From: Octopus sinensis | Lineage: Eukaryota | Direction of reading: 5' to 3' | Assembly (NCBI RefSeq): GCF_006345805.1 | Contig: NC_043015.1 | Location: forward strand, 47,678,001 to 47,742,000 | DNA: 64,000 nucleotides | Shown: positions 59,500 through 64,000 of the stretch, piece by piece | Numbering within the stretch: position 1 is the first letter of the stretch | Layout: the number at the start of each line of letters is the position of its first letter | The notes under the pieces: generated by a model | What the model was told of the DNA's origin: nothing | Seen by the model: the letters and a program-made list of their open reading frames with translations, nothing else | The model's database searches: none | Position numbers and translations under genes: made by a program

Positions 59500-60800
59500 C
59501 CTAGAAGCTGACTAGCATGGCAAAGAAGGGTCTAGAAGCTTAAGGTTCTTCTGAATGGACAGAAACTTTGAGACATATTACTTGAAGCTTTTGACGAAAA
59601 AAAGGAGGATATAGAATCACATAATGTGGAAGACAATGGAAGGTTCTTACGGGACAACCTGTTGAGGGCTACTGACCAGATCTGCGACTGATGCAAAGTC
59701 CTTTCTCGACCTATAGTAACGTGGTGGTAGAACAGTGTATTTGACAGAGCCATTACGGAAAAGAAACAGGCATGGAAGGACTGGAAGAACGGTGGTCGCA
59801 GGGAACTGTATCAGATCGCTAGAAGGAAGCTAGGAGACAGGTTTACTTAGCCAGAAGGGAAGCAGATACGAAATGTTCTGCATCGTGAGGATCAGAGACT
59901 TGAAGTGTTTCGAATTGCAAGACAGTGTGTGAGAGAAAATCGCGATGTCATAGGAGGGAAATGTGTCCGCATGGATGATGCCTCACTTGCATTTAATGAT
60001 GCTGCAAAGAGAGAGACTTGGAAACGCCATTATGTAAGGTTGCTAAATAAAGAGAATGAATGGGAGAAAGAGAGTCTGCCAAATGTCGACCCAACAGAGG
60101 GACCAGTTATCTGAATTGTCAGTACCTTGGCAGATAAAACAATTAATGGTATGAAGACAGGTAAAGGCGGCGAGCTGGCAGAAGCGTTAGCACGCTGGGC
60201 GAAATGCTCTGCGGTATTTCGTCTGTTGTTACGTTCTGAGTTCAAATTCCGCCGAGGTCGACTTTGCCTTTCATCCTTTCGGGGTCGATTAAATAAGTAC
60301 CAGTTGAACACTGGGGTCGATATAATCGACTTAATCCGTTTGTCTGTCCTTGTTTGTCCTCTCTGTGTTTAGCCCCTTGTAGGTAGTAAAGAAATAGGTA
60401 TGAAGACAGGGAAAGCTCCTGGCCCATCAGGAATCACTGCTGAGATGCTTAAAATATCTGGTGGTGTAGGCTATAGTCTAGTCACCCGTATAGTCAACCA
60501 ATGACTGGTGTAACAGCACCATAGTCAACTGCTACAAAGGTAAAAGTGGTGCATTAGATAGGAATACTTTCAGAGGTATCAAGTTGTTGGATCAGGTGAT
60601 GAAAGTCACGGAGAGGGTCATAGGGTCTCAACTAATTAGGGAGAGGGTTAGTTTAGACGAGATGCAGTTTGGGTTTGTGCCAGGGAGAAGCACCACTGAT
60701 ACTATATTTCTGGTAAGACAGCTGCAGGAGAAATTCCTAGCCACAGATAAAACCTCTGTATTGGCTTTCGATAACATGGAGAAAACCTTTGACAGGATGA
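59500..60800 (+). mobile_element. RTE LINE ORF fragment (EN-RT linker and RT N-terminus) interrupted by SINE B
   Basis: VFRIARQCVRENRDVIGGKCVR; MKTGKAPGPSGITAEMLK; QFGFVPGRSTTDTIFLVRQLQEK. SINE B at 60162-60396 has a 14-bp TSD GGTATGAAGACAGG. Confidence 0.85.
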
Positions 60801-61750
60801 TTCCACCGGATGTCAGGATTTTATGGCTTTAAATACCATTGGAGTAGATTTGCAGTGTATCCCATCAGTTGGTCCCAGTAAATTGTACAGCAAATATTTT
60901 GTGGATATTGGTTTGTGAGAGAGCTGTGACTGCCATATTCTTTAAAGCCAACAATAATCTCTCTTTTACTCTTTTACTTGTTTCAGTCATTTGACTGCGG
61001 CCATGCTAGAGCACCGCCTTTTAGTCGAGCAAATCGACCCCAAGACTTTCCTTTCCGCCAAATTCTTGAGCCATATCAACCAAAAATATTATTAAACTCA
61101 GATACTACCCAACGTTGTTAATATTTCCATTGTAGAAGGCGGCGAGCTAGCAGAATCTTCAGCGTGCCGGACGAAATGCTTACCATCATTTCATCCGTCT
61201 TTACGTTTTCAAATTCCGCTTTCGTCCTTTTGGGGTCGATTTGATCAACTTATCTTCTCCTCCAAACCTGCTGGCCTTGTGCCAAAATTAGAAACCCAAA
61301 TTTCCATTGTAGATAGTAAGATCTTCACCGTCCAATATTATTTCCATGCACGTTTCTTGTGGACCCTACTATATAAGTAAATTGTGGGTTTGGTGCCCAA
61401 AATCGAAATACGGACAGACTGTCTTGTTGAATATTCCTTCCGAAAGTTTATGTCAAAGACAATGATCGTGCCTTTGGTTACAAAGTTGTTCTCTGAAGCC
61501 CTTCAATGGCAGATACGAGGGAAGTAATTACTTTCGTTAAATGTTGCCCGTCCAGAAACAATAAGTGAAAATCAAGTCAAACGCCGTTAAATGGTTTCTA
61601 ATCTAGTTGTATTGCCACAAGGTATAAATTCCAGTTAAACCGTTACGTTTGTACGATTCTCATTTATATATATTTTTTTTTTCGACTTCAGACAAAAGAG
61701 CCTTATTCATTAAAAATATAATTTTCATTCGGACTGGCAATTTCTTTATA

Positions 61751-62125
61751 TCTATATATATAAAGCTGAAGTTATCTGTGTGGTAGGTTTGGTAGCCTTC
61801 AACTAGCACTATCTCCTCCGAGACCCTGCGGCGCAAGTCGACCAAAATTGAGAGTATGATAAAAGAAGGCTTGCTCTTCCTTCCGTAGAAGAAAAAAATT
61901 CAAATCGGACCATGTTAACACCAGAAATTACTTACATCAAAAAGGTGCTTTTTTTCTATGAAAATCCCTATTTTTTTACGATCTTTTGACTGCTGTGTCA
62001 CCATTTTTCGGTGTATTCTAACCAGAAAAATGTTCACTTAAAGAGAATAACAAGCTACATAATGCAAAATTTTTACTTTACAAAAATTCCAATTCTAAAG
62101 GGTCGAAACAAACCCGAGTAACAAA
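61751..62125 (+). mobile_element. Non-autonomous Helitron-like element
   Basis: A|TCTATATATATAAAGCTGAAG 5' end; CCCGAGTAAC near the presumed 3' hairpin, with the CTAG terminus missing. Confidence 0.5.
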
Positions 62126-62974
62126 ATGTTGGAGCAATTAAAACGTACGTCGTGTTCTGTCAAGTGAAGATTATCATTATTAAGTACAAGATTTGTCGAT
62201 GAAATAGCAAACCAGTTTGTTATATCAAAATGATCGCAGGAAGATTATGTTGTTCGTGTGAGATGCATGGTCAGACGATGAAGATGACGTTGGTATGGAG
62301 GAGATGGTCAAATGAAGGGGATGCTGTTGGAGGCGGGGGTGATGATCATATGAAGGGGATGGTGTTGGTGTGGAAGAAATGATCCAGGGAAGAGAGGGAT
62401 GTTGGTGTGGGAAGATGAACAGATAGATGAAGGGAAGAGTGTTAGTATAGGGGAGATGGTTAGATGAAGTGAATGGTGCGGGGGAGATGTCCACATGAAG
62501 CAGATGGTGTTGGTGTGGGAGAACTGGTCAGATGAAGCGGAGTCTGTTGGTGTAGGAGAGATGTCAGACGATGGGGGTGATGATGCAAGGGCGATGATCA
62601 GAGGAGGGAATGGTGTTTGTGTATGGGAGGTTGTCATATTTACGCGGGAGAGGTGGTGCTGGTCAGACCAAGAGAGCGGTATTGGCGGGGAAAGATTGCC
62701 AGTAACGATGGTGTTGACTTAGGCGGGAAGACGACATGGCCTGATGCATTATTATATGTATGTATACATACACGTATACAAACGTGCATTCACATACACT
62801 CACACACACACATTCATAAATATTTTAAATACCAATATACACCAATGCAAAACTAAAGTAGTTAGTTTGCAGTGAACACTGGTATAAACAGGCGAACTAG
62901 AATGCAAACATCCCTTAAAGGATTATAAGCCCTTGGTATGATTATATATATACATATACATATACATAAACATA

Positions 62975-63015
<41 letters not shown>

Positions 63016-63234
63016 TATATATGGTTGTTGTTGTTTACACACCCGGCTTCGTCTTTTGTTTTGTCTTTTTGTAAATCTCAACTATATATATATATATATG
63101 CATATATATACATATATACATGCATATATAGATATATATTTGCATCGCTCTCTCTCTATATATATATCTATATGTGTATATATATATGCATATATACCTA
63201 TATATATATATATATACATATATATATTTGCATA

Positions 63235-63265
<31 letters not shown>

Positions 63266-63275
63266 CACATACACA

Positions 63276-63484
63276 CAGGGTGTTCAAAAAGTCTCTCCAC
63301 TGATTTTTTTTTCTCCAAGATCTATTTCTTATGTACCGAAAATTAAGAACGATACTTTCAACACCTCTTATAAAGTTTTTAAGTCTTGTAAAGTCTAATA
63401 TATTTTTTTGTAGTCTTACTCCATCTTATAAATATTTATTTTGCAATAAAATTCTTACTGAGGAGAGACTTTTTGAACACTCTG
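63276..63484. mobile_element. Tc1/mariner-type MITE (209 bp)
   Basis: TIRs CAGGGTGTTCAAAAAGTCTCTCC / GGAGAGACTTTTTGAACACTCTG|TA. Confidence 0.8.
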
Positions 63485-63558
63485 TATATTCCAGAATTTA
63501 ACCACTGTTAGCGATTTTTTCCCGCCGTCTTCTTTTTCTCTTGGACTTTCCTGTTCCC

Positions 63559-63595
63559 TGTTTCTGAAGAAGAGCTTTGCTTGAAACGTAAAACA
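63559..63595 (+). ncRNA. Minimal type I hammerhead-like motif in a Penelope-type repeat
   Basis: UGUUU-CUGAAGA-A-GAGC(UUU)GCUU-GAAA-CGUA/AAACA: 5-bp stem I, 4-bp stem II and a loopless palindromic ACGU stem III. Confidence 0.55.
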
Positions 63596-63779
63596 CCCTG
63601 TCTTTCCTCCTCTTATTAATACCCTGCAACGTACCACGTCCTCGAGTTGTTATTTTTTCCTGTTGTTTTTTTTATTATATGTAGTTCAGCAAAATTTAGA
63701 TTCAGATGAATATGATACTTAAGTCAAAGGCACCAGAATTTTGTATGGTATTATCCATATAAATCCACGGGGTGATTAC

Positions 63780-63868
63780 AATCAAAATAAGCAACAAGTA
63801 TATCCTCTGATATATTTTGAAATAAGCAACAAGTATATCCTCTGATATACTTGTTGCTTATTTTGATT
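63780..63868. repeat. Palindrome with internal direct duplication
   Basis: AAATAAGCAACAAGTATATC-CTCT-GATATACTTGTTGCTTATTT is a perfect 20-bp stem; the left arm plus loop is duplicated upstream. Confidence 0.85.
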
Positions 63869-64000
63869 ATATATATAATATAATATATATAACAAGATGC
63901 AGCACGGATTTTTGTCAGTGAACAGGTCGCGGATTTTAGCGACGAAAATATTTTGACAAATTAAACTTAAATGTTGAAGTGAATCGAACGGCTTTTGTGT

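Noticed and set aside
62225-62750. P/S/H/T-rich ORFs from a degenerate ~50-bp purine-rich repeat
   Set aside because: Resembles the low-complexity RTE-type 3'UTR; open frames on several strands reflect base composition.

Overview
AT-rich, microsatellite- and SINE-dense eukaryotic genomic DNA, most consistent with an octopus or other coleoid cephalopod. This is inferred from the tRNA-derived CORE-type and Meta-type SINE families and the RTE and R4 LINE debris, not from a database search. Five protein-coding genes can be supported by hand; two of them (EMC5 and the Cys-rich peptide) are missed or mis-framed by the ORF track. (1) A single-exon tartan/capricious-like LRR transmembrane protein (3460-4974, +). 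(2) EMC5/MMGT1, four exons on the minus strand (18021 to 9913), reconstructed from splice sites. (3) An intronless PSMA3 (21029-21787, +), divergent from EMC5. (4) A FAM124-family gene (+; proposed exons 31514-31590, 46128-46165, 51820-52745). (5) An unrecognised secreted 10-Cys peptide precursor on the minus strand (ATG at 56666-56664 spliced to exon 54670-54314), carrying a duplicated C-x3-C-x6-C-x3-C module. The rest is mostly transposon material: two main SINE families, RTE, R4/Dong and CR1-like LINE fragments, a decayed piggyBac, mariner and rosa deletion derivatives, hAT/Merlin/MULE/piggyBac-type MITEs and Helitron pieces. The most interesting signals are the Cys-rich peptide gene with its duplicated start-codon/splice-donor cassette, two minimal type I hammerhead ribozyme motifs, a pre-miRNA-like hairpin, the intronless PSMA3 (possible retrogene), and a TSD-flanked palindromic retroposon whose loop is flipped between copies. 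Repeat boundaries are approximate unless TIRs or TSDs are quoted.
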